A DNA stretch of 64,000 nucleotides from Perkinsus chesapeaki ATCC PRA-425 (Eukaryota > Protista > Perkinsozoa): contig JAAPAO010000129.1 of assembly GCA_013115145.1 (NCBI GenBank), positions 3,001 to 67,000 on the forward strand, in the 5' to 3' direction. The stretch's first letter is position 1. The number at the start of each line of letters is the position of its first letter. Below are positions 36,123-49,180 of this stretch, piece after piece. A model generated the notes under the pieces. It made no database searches. It saw only the letters and a list, made by a program, of their open reading frames with translations, and was not told the origin of the DNA. A program made the translations under genes and the position numbers.

Positions 36123-39100
36123 ATGCCATACAGTAGTTGTGCTACTAGTATCCAGAACCTCACGAGTGGTAGAACCATGACCCATGCGATAGGAAGCATA
36201 GATGCCGACTCTGAACAGTGGTGCCAGGATGTTGCATTCTCGGCAACGGCTGTGGTGGTGGCCACGGAGCAGGCTAAGGAGGTTGTGTGGCAGGCTCACA
36301 AAATGACAATACCACGTACTCACCAGGACAAGAAGGGGACCAATCGACCTTGGTGTATCTTTTAGAGCTTCTCCAGCCATTTGGTGGCTACTACACCCCT
36401 GTGACAGTGCAGGTTCGCACTGGCGGCCGGGCGAGGCAGATCGAGGTGAGCAGGTTAGATGATAGTGGTGTTGTCCATCCCATTGTAGGGTTTCCGATTG
36501 CGCTTCATATCGACTGAAGATGCCAGTGAGGTCCCAGAGTCCATAGCCCAGGATCGGGCAGCAGAGGCTTTTGCAACCTGCATGCCCCAGCAGGAAGAGA
36601 GTACGTTCGGCAGCCCTCTAGCCCTCGTCCGCTAATCGCCACTCTTCAGGTCAAACCTTCAGCAGTGCCACCCCACCTCGGTTCGATGCATGGCTCGGCT
36701 CTGAAGCAGCATCTCTAGCCTTCAGTGACCATGAGTAGGCATCACACTTCTACCCCTCACTACCCTCACGCTCCCCCAGGTGTATATCTCAACCTTTGGC
36801 TACAGTGCTGGTTGCCTCCACTAGCTCTCTTGAGCCTAGTCTAGACGGCAGCCAAGAGACAGTGGACCCAGTGCAGGCCTTTGAACAGTTAATGCATGAG
36901 GCTAATATGCCAACCCTCGCTCGGAGGGGCATCCTGGATCCAGATGCTGCCAGAATGAAGGTGAGCTATCCTCAGTGCCGACAGTGCTCCTCAGTGCCGA
37001 CTCGCAGGTTCTTATTCACGACCCTGCTAGGGCGCCTCCGGGGGTTGACCTGGATGCCTTGGTGGATAGGATGCGGAGCACCTACTCCCCTCAGAGTTGC
37101 TTCCTTTTGGTTATCGGCGACGGACCAACTGCCTTGCCTGACGTGAAAGCCTTATTTCAGTAGTGAGGCCATGCCCGACCTTCAATGGACTGTTCTCTCA
37201 GACGGGACCCCTTCGCATCCTCTATTATCGATGATGACATCGCTGTTGGGATCGAATGGACGGAAGTAGATGAGCTTCAACGCTTAGGTGATCAGTATGA
37301 TATAAGGGCAACGTAGTGCAACTGCAATACTACTACCAAACTGTGTCTCCTATTAAACACATATAGACAGACCATTGGACACTTCCGTTTACCGGCCATC
37401 TGTCATCAATCTTGTTGTAGGTACTGCCATTGTGTGCCAATGTGCTGCACCGTGGGCCGAGAGGAAGCTGGCGGAGCTCGATGATAATATATCGCTTAAG
37501 AGGAAAGGCTTCAGGAACGCCTTCAGTCGGTTTTTACGCAAACCAAACTTGCCGGGAACGGAGGCCATCGGTGGCCCAGTAGGGGATAGCCGTGGGCAAA
37601 GTGAGCTTGAACAACGACGGTGGTGGCCTTATCAGTTATTAATGCAGATGTGCAGTCTCGTCCAGGGGCGTCCAATACCTACACCTTAGCCAACCTTGAA
37701 TGGCAGATTCGACTAGCTGGCGATCTCGCCTTCCATCTCCGGGACTACTCCCAAGCAGTGGCCTATTATAGGCAGGTTACACCGGACTTCAAACAGGACC
37801 ATCAGTGGGGGGTGGCCGCTGGGGCTTATGAGATGTCGGCTGTGGCCGCATGGCTGGAACAGATCTCCACTGGTGGGGACGGTGGGGTCCCTCTTACGGA
37901 GATTTCAAGATTCGTGGACAATGCTATCGACCTCTACAAGAAGGCTGGACCACGGTATTACAGACATGCGATAAGGTGAGGAACACTTAACCGAGGGAAG
38001 GGAGGCAACTCCTGGTTTAGGGCTGCTGTCATACAATCAGCCATCTTGCGGGGGCATGTAGAGAGCCCTCAGAAGCTGCTAAAGGTCAACGGGGACATCC
38101 CTGATGCAGGGTTAAGGTGCGCTCTGCTCCTTGAGAGATCAGCGAGGCTGCAGAGGGACGCTGGACAGGTAAGGCGCGGACCGTGGAGGGGGAGAATAGC
38201 CTCTCCTCCTGGTCAGGTCCGTAAAATGTGCTTCCATCTGGTCCTTGCTGGCCATACGTACAATAAGGCCGGTTATAAGCAGTGGGCCTTGGCGTAATAA
38301 TGCCGCCTTGGCTAGTTGAACTGTGTGGCATTTAGGTGCTATAAGGCAGTGGTGCCGGAGTATGTTGGTAAGGGATGGACACATATAACAGATCATCTAC
38401 TCTTTACTATGGCCAAGCAGACCTTTGCCCTCGGTGACGCGACCAAGAGCATACACTACTTCACAGACTTGTTCAATTCTATCACTTTACAGAAGGACAC
38501 CCGATCTCCTATATCAATATCCAAGCAACATAACTATCTCAAAGGCTTCCTCTACGTCCTTCGAAGCCAGTACGGTAAGGAGGTAGCAGATGTTCCACCA
38601 GCTGATAGAGTTCAGGTCATCCTCCCAAGGGTGAGCATCGCTGCAGTGTCGTCTGCAAGGGGGTATACAGGTGGCTTCAGGTTCGGCTTGGCAGCATCGG
38701 TACCAACGTCGGCGAGGCCCTTGAGATGCTGGGGCCTCGTGGAACCGATTCGGATCTCAATACAAGCGATGCGATCAGCTTCACCAATCGGCCAGTCGAG
38801 ACTGAGCTTGAGAGCTGGGGCGCCATATGCGGTCTGGGCCCGGATGTGGACAAGGCGCCCGCTGACGACACTGATGTCATTCTTGTTGGACAGACGACCT
38901 CCACCGTCCTCACAGTGGCCAACCCTCTGCAGATCCCAGTCGAGCTTACGGACCTTCGTTTGGTGTTCGAGGATTCCAAGCTGGTAGACTCATCTGTGGC
39001 AGAGCCCATTAAACTGGATGGTGACCAGTTCATGAGTGTGAAGTTTAGTATAACCCCTCGTGGCACTGGTAGGGTTGTTCTTACCGGAGCTCAGTGGGTT

Positions 39101-40105
39101 CTCGATCACACCGCACCGTGCGTGTGGACTTGTCCAAAAGAAGGTCGGCCATCAATTACTGTGGTAGACAGCATGCCATTGATACGAGCTACACTGCCCG
39201 GTCTAAGAGGCGAGGCTGCTGAGTTACTCGACGGCGAACTAAAGCGTCCCATCATCACCCTTACGAACGTTGGCACCGAGACGATTGACAAGGTTGAGTG
39301 GTTCTATTCTCATCAAGACAAGGCCATAGCTATCAGCTCACAGGGCAGAGAGGCATCGGCTCGCCCGCTAGAGGTTGGGGCTTCTATTGAGGTTCCCTTT
39401 ACTATTCGCGGCCATCATGTCGGTCACCACAGGGTTCGTATTGCAGCACGTGGCACGGGTTGTAGTGGTAGACTTACGTGGACATGTCTCGAAAGAGATG
39501 TTTTCGTTCATCCTGGAGTCCAAGTTAAACTCGCCGGTGTCGGTGCGCCCAAGACCGGCCCTCGTCGATCCATACAGGTCCCGATCCGGTGCATAGTAAC
39601 AAACTCCTCGCCTTCCTCGCCAATTACTCTGGACAAGACTGGCCCGCTTGACGTTTACCCTTCCAGTGGTCTGGGGGCTCTTCAAGTTGAGGAAGCCTTG
39701 CCTATTGATGCGGAGAGCTTGGGCCCGGGCAAATGCATGCAAATTATTAACTGGGTGACCCTCGGTGGCGATTACTCCTCAATGGCCTCCGAAGGTGGCG
39801 ACTTTCTCCTTAACGAAGCGAAGGCTGCGCACGACTTATCGGCCACGAAGAAGACCAAAACTTTTGGTGGTTTGGGTTTGCATATGCCCCCTACTTTACG
39901 GAAGGCATGTTCACGGCAACAACCGTCTGAACACTATCACATAGTTCTTAACTGGACAATTCCCGAAACAAATCGGTGCGGTCAATCGTTCTGCCCCAAT
40001 GTGAGCTTATCGCACTCCAATCGTGCAGACCAGCAGCCTGTCACTGACGAGCGACGACGGCCGTTGGACAGCAGCACTTTGAAGACATTGACTGGTCTTG
40101 TGTAA
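36123..40105 (+). CDS. TRAPPC8: TRAPP III subunit TRAPPC8/Trs85
   Basis: LEWQIRLAGDLAFHLRDYSQAVAYYRQVTPDFKQDHQWGVAAGAYEM, FHLVLAGHTYNKAG, WTHITDHLLFT, and C-terminal Ig-like VANPLQIPVELTDLRL. Confidence 0.85.
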
Positions 40106-40145
40106 CTGTTTTTACAACATTTCTGTTAGTCTGTGCGTGTTTGGT

Positions 40146-40728
40146 TCACTTGAAAACACAAGCTATGATGCAATATGAATGCCGATGGACATACTTGTGT
40201 AAGTCGGCAACATGCAACCACCAAAGCTCCTGTACAAACGGTTGAGAGGAACAATCATACAAACTGACAAGTGGAATCAACGAGACACATTCTAGTTGCC
40301 TTCACCTCTGCACCGTAAAGGTCCATTCTAGGCCTGTCCGGGCCGAAGGGAACCTGGGCTCGACGATGGCAAAGACGTAACAGCCGACCTGAAGCGAGGT
40401 CCTTAAATCATCACTTGTCGCCCTCACCAGCTGATCGTGGGATTGTGATATTTCGCGAGATGCCGACGTTAGGCTCAATTTTATGCATTCACCAGAACCA
40501 TCTGAAATGATAATATATTAAATTGTTGTAAGGTGTCTGCTGATCCTCACCGTCCAGCCAAATGCATCCGTCAGCTGTAGAGGCAATGACGATCCCACAC
40601 AATGAGACTGTCTGGAGAGAGGCGTTGTTGAACGGTTCTGTTGCAGCTGTCGATCGCTGTTTGGAAGCTACGAGTTGTGAAATGAGAAGTGGCAATGCCG
40701 GTAGAGGGAGGGCCGAGTCATCGCTCAT
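40146..40728 (-). CDS. RMI2: RMI2-like OB-fold protein (RecQ-mediated genome instability 2)
   Basis: Spliced: LPLLISQL...VSLCGIV...IWLDDGSG...VGCYVFA...LYDCSSQPFVQELWWLHVADLH, resembling the RMI2 C-terminal D.S..P.....W.L.V.DLH signature. Confidence 0.7.
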
Positions 40729-40931
40729 GTGTGATACTTGGTATTACTGTAGCGACTTGTATTGTGAATGAGACTATCCAACTCGACAGTGGGAGGAGTA
40801 CTAATCAAATCTGTCCGATCATTCGGCGAAGATACGCCACTGTAGGTTTAAATAAAATCACAGGTTGGCACTATATCAAGTGGCAAATGGTACATAAAAC
40901 GTCCACGAAAATAGGAAGGAATCGCAATAGG

Positions 40932-42716
40932 CTACTCGCGCTTTGGTGGAATCGCTGACATACGGTATTCCAGTAGCTCCTGAGGGGAGGAATACGTCAC
41001 AATGGCCCATGTATGGTAGCAACAACAACAACGCTCACCTTGATCTCACTGTGGGACATCTGCCCACTGAGATCGACAAATAGTGTCGCCAATCGATCAA
41101 GATTGTTAGTAATAATGAGGATGAATATCTCAAATGCTTGAGTGCCACGGAAGACTGTCGCCTTGTGTTTTTTATAAGTCTCTATCTCCTTTTCGAACAT
41201 CCTAATAATGCCATATACACCGGTAATGGCTCGAGCAGCTGCTTACTTGGGGTGATCTGCATACCAAAGCGTGGGATGTTGATGATGGACCACATGGAAG
41301 TCGGCCTCGAACGTCTGAGATTGGAACGGAAGTCGCTCCAAGATATTAATGAAGAGGGGAGCAACCGTACATTATAGTGGCCATCCAGAATTGTTATACT
41401 TGTTATATAATCGTTATCGGGGTCCTTCGGGTCGACCCAGGCGTGCCAGGTGTAATTGATAGCAGCCTGAGAAAAATGGGTTGCCGTGAACGACCCCATT
41501 CGTTAAGGTTGAGACAGGGTTGTCTTTGACGCCTCTGAGTTGTTACCAATAGTGTGACGGCTTCCAAATGTGGATACACCCAATAAGCCAAGGCGAAGCG
41601 CCAGTTGACGAGCAACATCATCGCCATTATACCGTAGTAAACTAACGTACCTGATTTCGGTCATCTCGGGGGAAACCAGACTAAACAACTTACCACGGAA
41701 TTGTTTCCAAGCGAGGGCTTTCTCCCCTCTTCCATAAAGATGCCACGAAACACTGAGACCAGACCAGAACCTACTCAGACCAATAGCGCTGCACTGCGAA
41801 CAAGGAGCCGCCGAACAAGCGTCTTACAGGTAGAACTTCCCAAGATACGCCACGAATTGTAGGGGACTCCTTCTGTCATATTCCAAAGTGGCAGAGTCGT
41901 CCAATATACCATTATTATATCTGACAATGATGATCGATAAGGTTCGGAGCTAACAGAGTGATAATTGGCACTTATGATGAACCTTATTGTGGCCAACTTT
42001 ATATCCTTCAGGGACACCACCATAGAACATAAATGACCACCATTCGATAATTCTGTTGAATATTCTCCATCGACCCTTGAACATTGGCACTGATGCGTGT
42101 GCCTCAATGTGAACCTAGTAATAAGGATAATAAAACTAACGCTGTTGTTGTTCACCCACCATAGCATGCGTGCAAGCGAAAAATGTGAAGTAAGGTCCCA
42201 TCCGGAAAAGATGGTAGGTCAAAAAATGAGTTGGATTGACCATGAACCAACCATCATACGGTGACCGTCTTTCCATTATATAGATATACCTAAGAGTAGG
42301 ATTGGTGAAAGGAGCGGTATGAGATGTTACAGCATGAACGTGGGTACGACGAAAGCCAGGACGTGAGCTGGAAGGTAAATATAGGATCTTTCTTGGGTCA
42401 TAATGCTTCTAGCAATTGTCTTAAGAGCAGCTGTGCCTGAATCAGATACTGGCTCCCAAAGTGGCCCTTAGGCTCATCAATTCGACCTTTATTTTTAATT
42501 GATTCTCTTATTCGTTTAGGTGTCAGTGCACCCCACATTAACCTATTTAATATGGCATATATTAATATAGTGGTGGCAATCAAAGAGGCTGTTAGGGGAG
42601 CCGTGATAAGAAGGAGACTCGAGCTTAGTATTGCAACCTTGCTCATCGAGGCAGAGCTAGCAGTTGGTGTTCTCGAGATATCGGTACCTTAAAAGAGCGG
42701 CATCTCTCAATACCAT
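40932..42716 (-). CDS. Membrane fatty-acid desaturase (three His boxes, no fused cytochrome b5)
   Basis: Spliced product has HIEAH, HNKVHH and HVVHH boxes, plus DSATLEYDR and WHAWVDPKDPDNDYITSIT, with several TM segments. Start approximate. Confidence 0.8.
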
Positions 42717-42873
42717 GTCACAGTGACAGCTCACTGAGGGTTTGACATCTATTATTGAGCCATAACTTGTACAGCAGTATAACGAGTAGGTGGGTTGCGA
42801 CCAAAGTCTGATGATACACGGTCGAAAGGGTTAATAACACCACGGTCTTACCATAGCCTCCATGGGATCTCTA

Positions 42874-43939
42874 TCAATGGCTAACACGAGTGCCGTGGTA
42901 ACCCAGTAAAGAGCTGCTGGTTGTGACAAGCCCAGAACTGTCCTCATTGACCCTCTGGGCTTGTTGAACTGCAGTCTCAGTGAAATGCAGGCGAAAACTG
43001 TGACCAGGTACCTGGATAACGAGATGCGTCAATGGTCGGCGAGTATCAATACCAGAGAGATGCCAGTAGAAGATATCCGCGTGGTGATGGGCGAGGCGCG
43101 ATGTCAACAGCAGGACTCAGCTTGTGTAAGACACCACGAAACCGTCCGTCTAGTAAACATAGTGACTGGAGACCTGCTAATGTTGCTACCTTGGCTCTGT
43201 AAACAGAAGGTTGCAACAAAAGCCCAGGATACTATCCAGTTGGTAGAAACCATAAGTTTAGTCTTCAAGCTAGTCACCCTAAAGCAAGATTCACGGAAAA
43301 TGGCGGATATAAGTCGCTCACCGTGAAGCTACGAAGAACATGCTCTTTAGGCTTCTGGTGTCGAAAGCCGCCGCTAGACATATCGCTGTGGCGATGAAAC
43401 CACAGACGAATACCATATCGAATGGAATATAGTAAGGCACCATGTTCATAAAACTGTTTAATGCGCACGCGTGCAAATCGGGTAGACAGAATTATGACCC
43501 AAGAGACACGCAAATGAAACTAGATCAAATAAACCATCATGTTTGCTTCACTATTTGGTGGTCCATGGTCTCATGTAGCCTCTTCTCAAGGTCGGCTATA
43601 CTCCTAAGTAATACAGTATCATTGAAGCCCGGCCATTCCTCCAGCGCATGCTGCTCAACTTCATGGACGACGCTCAGTAGGTTATTTCTGTTGGTGACGC
43701 CGCGATGCTGCGACCAAGCCATTGGCTGGTGAAGTGCCAAGAGAAAGCTCGTGATGTAGAAGTAAAACATAGAGATAACTTGCAGGACATCTGGCGTCGA
43801 ATGATTAATGTACATACTCAACAGATTTTGTCAGGCAGTATGCAGCTGCGGGCTTGCTGTCTCCTCTTTCGTTTGGTGGCTCAGAACCCAGTCTTTTCAG
43901 GGGCACCTCGGAAGCTTCGGAGAGGGTCTGCTTACACAT
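42874..43939 (-). CDS. Hypothetical multi-exon protein with two TM segments
   Basis: MCKQTLSE... followed by a coiled-coil-like LLRSIADLEKRLHE and hydrophobic DMVFVCGFIATAICLAAAF and WIVSWAFVATFCL; GT-AG introns. 3' exons uncertain. Confidence 0.4.
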
Positions 43940-45103
43940 TACAAGTAAAATAACGACGACTGATGCTGCACATAAAGCTATCAATGGGAAGCCTATCGGT
44001 AAAGTATGCGAGATCTAGGAATGCGCGGCCTGGACGGCCACGATCGATCGGTAAGTTACCGACGGTAACGCGAACTTGGAGATAGTTTTTTGCCATCGAA
44101 TTCTCCATACTCGATTTCGCATAAATCGAGCTTTCCCGGTGAAGCGTCTTGTGGCTCTAAACCGAGTGTTCCCAATGACAACTCTAACACTTCGGGGATG
44201 TTTTGGTTACTCATTAGGAAATGGGAGAAATAACGGCTAATGCGGGCTCAGATATCAGGCACAGCACCTACAACTACCCGAACTATGAATTATTACAGAG
44301 TGTTCTTATACACGCAAGTGCATCGCCTAAGCTCAGCGCAGGGTCGCCATGGAGCGGCGCGTCACGCCTGTGGGCGAAGAGGCCAAACTCGCTATCTCGA
44401 GGTCTTCAACAAACAGGAGGGGAAGGGGTAGACAGTAGGCGCAGAGCCGCAAATCGTGCGGGGCGCAACAGCCGGCTGCTGCACCGGCTCCACCTCCACT
44501 AAAGGGTGTTTCAAAACGTCGTAAGCGACTTTAGTCGCCCAGAAATCACTCAATACTTTGTGTTTTGAAATGAAACTCGGTGAAGGCCAATAGGATATCA
44601 GTACTAAGAAGTACCCAAAACGGCTCCTACTTTTCTGGCGCGTGACATAAGATACGCGTTCACAAAGGGCTCGTGTAAGACCTCATCTCAGTTACGATTT
44701 TTATAAAATGCTTTTGAATAGGGTACCCTCATTCCAGTAGCAACGTTCTTTTTCCCGTTTCTCAAAGCAAACTGCGTTACGCTGTGATCCGCGCTCCACG
44801 GTGACCAACAAACCACACAGAATGGGCGCACAGATGGGATGTCATCCGGTACTCCCTCCACGCAGGTTTCAACAGAGGTCCGCACCACTCTGAGGGTCGC
44901 AGGCCCTGTCCCAAGCGACGGACCACTCTTGAGGGCCTCGCAGGCCTTGTTCCCCCCTGTTGAGTAACTTTGTGGGAGGCAGAGGGGGGGAAAGGACGTC
45001 GGGCCGAGTGATAACGACTCCATGAGCTAGCCGGCCCTTAGAATATGCGCGCCAGTCTTCGCTCTGTCGATCGATTCGGTGTGAACAGGGCTCGTATGCG
45101 GAT

Positions 45104-45635
45104 CCTGATTCCCGACTCACCCCGGTTGAGTTAGCTCAACCTGTGAGTTAGACTCATGAGCTTACTCAACGTGTGATTCACTGAATCTGAGCTTGAGTCG
45201 CTGATTCTGAGTCACTGAGGTGAATCATGAGTCTGAGTCGCTAACTCTGAGACAAACAATCAAATCTTGAGTTAGAATCAGAGTCATTGAATCAGCTCAC
45301 TCACTCAATCAAACTCTTGATTCGATACAGCTAATCATGAGGCAGTGGCTCAGAGTTTGAGTCATAGACGCAAGATCAGAGTCAGCGAATCGCTCCTTGA
45401 GACAATGACTCGCAACTCAAGCACCTCATGAGCTGACTCGAGAGCCGACTCAAAAATTTGATTCACACACTCGCTGATTCACTGAATCACACACGTTTGA
45501 GTACTAAATTATGTACCGGGGGTTTTCGTGGACGGCACAGACTCAGAGTCTGATTCACCACCCGATTCGGTGACTTAGCGCTCGCCCAAATTCAGCGACC
45601 TGTCACAGGACTCTGTTCAACACAAAATCGATTCG
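45104..45635. repeat. Left subterminal array of palindromic GANTC/TGANTCA motifs
   Basis: Roughly 25-30 GANTC sites by manual count in about 530 bp, against about 2 expected by chance. Confidence 0.8.
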
Positions 45636-46228
45636 CTGCTCAACAATCCAACAAAGGGAAGGAAGAAGGGAGATCATTGAGCAACAAGCCATTAACCCTT
45701 AAACATTGACCCGAAAACTAAGAACCCGAAACCCGAACCCGGAAACGAAGCGTAAGTTTTTCGGTTCGTGAGGGTCGACTAGCTTTGATGTAAGGATCTT
45801 GACTGAGACTGTCATGGGAGTGAGTTCCGAGACGCCGGGGGTCAACGATTTTTGGTAGTAACTTTCTACTGATAAGTCGAGGGATTAGCTCCCAATCTCC
45901 AGGGCTGGGAGGGTGGGAAAAAAGGAATAAACCTTCATCTCAACAATGACATGTACGATTTAATGAAAGCAGTTAATTATTTTGTTGTAGTTCATTGAAC
46001 TATCGTGTGCGTGCGTACAAAGATACTTCACGCAATTTGCGTGAAAATATGCGCCGTGCGGCGCGCCGGAGCATCGACGATTTTGACCGGCCAATCTTCG
46101 CCTTGTCAGGGGAGTCCTGCATCCTCGCCAGACTAGTCCGATTGACCTCGCAAAAAAATTACCAAGTATGGGGACTCATAAAAATTGTATCGTGTACAAC
46201 GCAAAATTACAAAGTGAAATAATAGTGT

Positions 46229-46257
46229 AAAATGCCTGTGCCGGGGATCGAACCCGC
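46229..46257 (-). pseudogene. tRNA 3'-half relic (T-arm/box B, acceptor 3' strand, T4)
   Basis: Minus strand reads GCGGG-TTCGATC-CCCGG-CACAGGC-A-TTTT. No D-arm, anticodon arm or 5' acceptor strand found upstream. Confidence 0.5.
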
Positions 46258-46269
46258 ATCGCAGTAGGT

Positions 46270-46500
46270 CGAATCGGATTCAGTGTCTCTGAGTGAGATT
46301 CCCCGAATCCGTTAGTGATTCGCCGAATCTGATTGGGTGATTCATAGGTTGAGTAACTCATTCGGTGATTCAGTGGTGATTCGTTAGATCTGAGTTGAAG
46401 CGGGGGAATCTGAGTAGAGAATCAGTGAAATCGGAGGATCAACTCACTGTGTGATTTGATTGCCTGAGCATTTACTCAAACTCAGCCCTCGAATCAGGAT
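46270..46500. repeat. Right subterminal GANTC array
   Basis: About a dozen GANTC sites in about 230 bp next to the right TIR. Confidence 0.75.
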
Positions 46501-49180
46501 CCGCATACGAGCCCAGCTATCCGCCTACTTTACGCGCGCACACCGTCCCCCAGACGCCGAGTGCGATTCATTTGACTTAGATACGCGGCTTCCTGCTTTG
46601 CCAAAACCTCTGGACTAGGCCGTGAGACCTCAGAGGTCACGCGCAGAGTCTGCGCGCTCGAGGGGAGGGGCCCCCGAGAGAGCGCGCTCACACCGTGCGT
46701 GCAGGACGCCATCAACCGCTGATAAGGGGGGCTAACGTGTCGGAATTGCAATTCACCGTAAATTTGTTTCATATTCTGCATGGTGATAGCTACTGTATAA
46801 GGACGTAGCGGTGCAAAATTTCAGCCTGAAAATCATGTGTGAGCGTTTCGCAACGAGCGTGGAAAGTCCAGAATTTGTGCGTTAGAACTAATAGGTACGT
46901 GTAACAGCGCATGTTCTTTGAGCTTGTATAACTACTGGATTTTTCCATGTACCAGGCATCCGAGTTTCGGCTCATATTCAGCGAGTCTGCTAACCCAAGT
47001 ACCATGTGAAATCCATCATCTTTCCAAGGTACGTTAATGAAGAATTTATTCAGAAGAAATGAGATTGAAAAAGTCTAGTAAATGCGCTGTCTCAGCGCCT
47101 TCTGCCCCTCTCGCAATTGAGTAGCTGCGCACTGAGATGAGCGACTGCTTTCAGCAGCTGTTCCGTGGCAAACTTTTCGTGCATGCAGACATGTGCTTGA
47201 ATTTCAAGCCTTGAAGACAGTAAAGTGTAACGCTGTCGACACTTTCAGTCCTGATGACAAGATTCGGGCTCACTAGTACGACCATTTTCACAGGGGAGTC
47301 TCCGGCGGAGACCCATTCTTGTGTACTGACCCAGTCCGGAGTCCGGACAGGGGCCCCATGAAGTGAGGATGTCCGGACTAACTATTGCCTAGCGCCCCCT
47401 TGGGCTTTTCTACGTTTTTTATTGGTCATTGGCAAAGTTGGGATAAACGGGCCTAGCCGCGAATGGTAGATTCCTCGGAAGCATAGCTTTGTAGGCAAAG
47501 CGGCGGTGTCACCGGCCTATACACCCCCTATTATTGACTCGGGCTCGAATTTCGGGCCCCCAACCGCTGCTCGAGTCCCTCCGTTTTCAACTTGCACGCT
47601 TTCTTGTTTGTGCCACGAAGAAGAACCAACAAGGTTTTATGCTGATGCTCCCTAATAGTGCGCCGGCGGCGCGACGCAACTCAGCGCGAAAAACTTTGAG
47701 AAGGATTCAGTTCGAAATTCGCGTCGTTATTTTTGATCAAGACGGGGCTCAGCGAACAAAGGGAGAAGCAACAACAACATTCAACAGCCGTTCGAGCTTA
47801 CCTATTCCAGTCCAGAGGGCCCAAGATAGACAGACATACGGGAGTGGTGTGGGGCATGGAGCATCCTTGCATGGAGCGTATCCCGGACTATCTAGAGACT
47901 GGGATTCGTCACATGCCGTAGCGAATAAGTACGGTATCACACCTTCTTAGTGTTCTCAAAAAAGGCTAGTGTTGCGCGAGGCAACTTGCCCCACCGGTAA
48001 TTGCGCCTTCTGTATAATCACAGGTTCCTTCCGATGCCTGAACAAGAGAATCGAGTGATCCGGGCAGAATGCGCTAGATGCGAGACTACCAATGGTTACA
48101 CTATCCAAGCTGAGCAGCTTATTGCCAGGTTGACAAGATAAACCACTAGGTTTCGCAGATCCGTAGTTTCACCGTTCACGACTTGGGCCTAATCGTTTCC
48201 CTGGCGCACTTAAATGAAGTCTCCCCTGAAAAGTTGTATTTAACAACGCAAGTTACATAATATGAAGGAAGCCGTGTAAATAGGTAACGATTACAGGATT
48301 AGTAGTTGAGTAGCCATGACCATCGGGGGCACAGTATCGTTATCATCACTACCGATTATACTGCCAGTGGGACTATACACCAATAACACCATAGATAGTA
48401 TCATTCATATTAGAGGTGCAGCAACAACAACAACTCTACTACGAGCAAGAATCACCACCATCGCACGGATTATCCTCCATTATTATTGCCATTGCCTGTT
48501 GATCAGTCATATATACCTATCATCAAGTAGTATCACAATGGTGAGCAGTAGAACCTACTCATCACGTATGTAGCTATCTAGATGATATAAGGGATATAAT
48601 GACTTTATGAGGGTACGTTGGGCTGAATGGCAGTAAAGCAGCGATTAGTCAACTGATAGCAGCGACTATTACTGATGGTGATTGAACGATATGATGATGA
48701 TATTACTAGAGCATATAGGATGAGGAGGGGAGATATTCCACAGCAACAATAGCGAGCAGACTAATCGCTAATGTGTATGGAATACACAAAGACAAGTGAA
48801 GGAAAATTGCCACATTAGCGGCGGAGGCGGCGAACAGTAATTGGCTGTTGGGATAACGTTAAGTGTCGATGATGATTATGATGATGTTCTCAGCTTACAA
48901 CTACGTAGATAGTAGTCATCGAGAGCATAAGTGATATTATTAGAAGGGTACTAAGGTTGCTACTAGGAACCATATAGTAGGCTCTGGTAATATCATATTA
49001 ATAATGAGGATACCATAAAGGCGATTGCCGCCTATAAATGATATATACTAGTTACCGTATGCAGTTTACTATTATTAATAATACGATATTATAATGACCA
49101 TAACAATAAATATTCCATGCAACTTGATAGAACTCTTATTAGTAATAATATCACTCAATGCTTATCGACGAAGAGGAGGC

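Larger units (their letters stand above)
45086..46516. mobile_element. Non-autonomous TIR element (hAT-like MITE)
   Basis: Perfect 24-bp inverted repeats GGGCTCGTATGCGGATCCTGATTC at 45088-45111 and 46491-46514, extendable to CAGGG.../...CCCAG with one mismatch. GANTC-rich subterminal arrays; no transposase ORF; no TSD found. Confidence 0.7.

Noticed and set aside
42961-43326. 121-aa plus-strand ORF
   Set aside because: It overlaps a better-supported spliced minus-strand gene and shows no homology.
45104-45635. GANTC array as a CRISPR array or bacterial CcrM methylation cluster
   Set aside because: No constant repeat-spacer periodicity, no cas genes, and a eukaryotic context. Better explained as TIR-element subterminal repeats.
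46790-47260. Possible degenerate transposase fragments on the minus strand
   Set aside because: Multiple stops and no clear DDE or hAT dimerisation motif; the resemblance is too weak to call.
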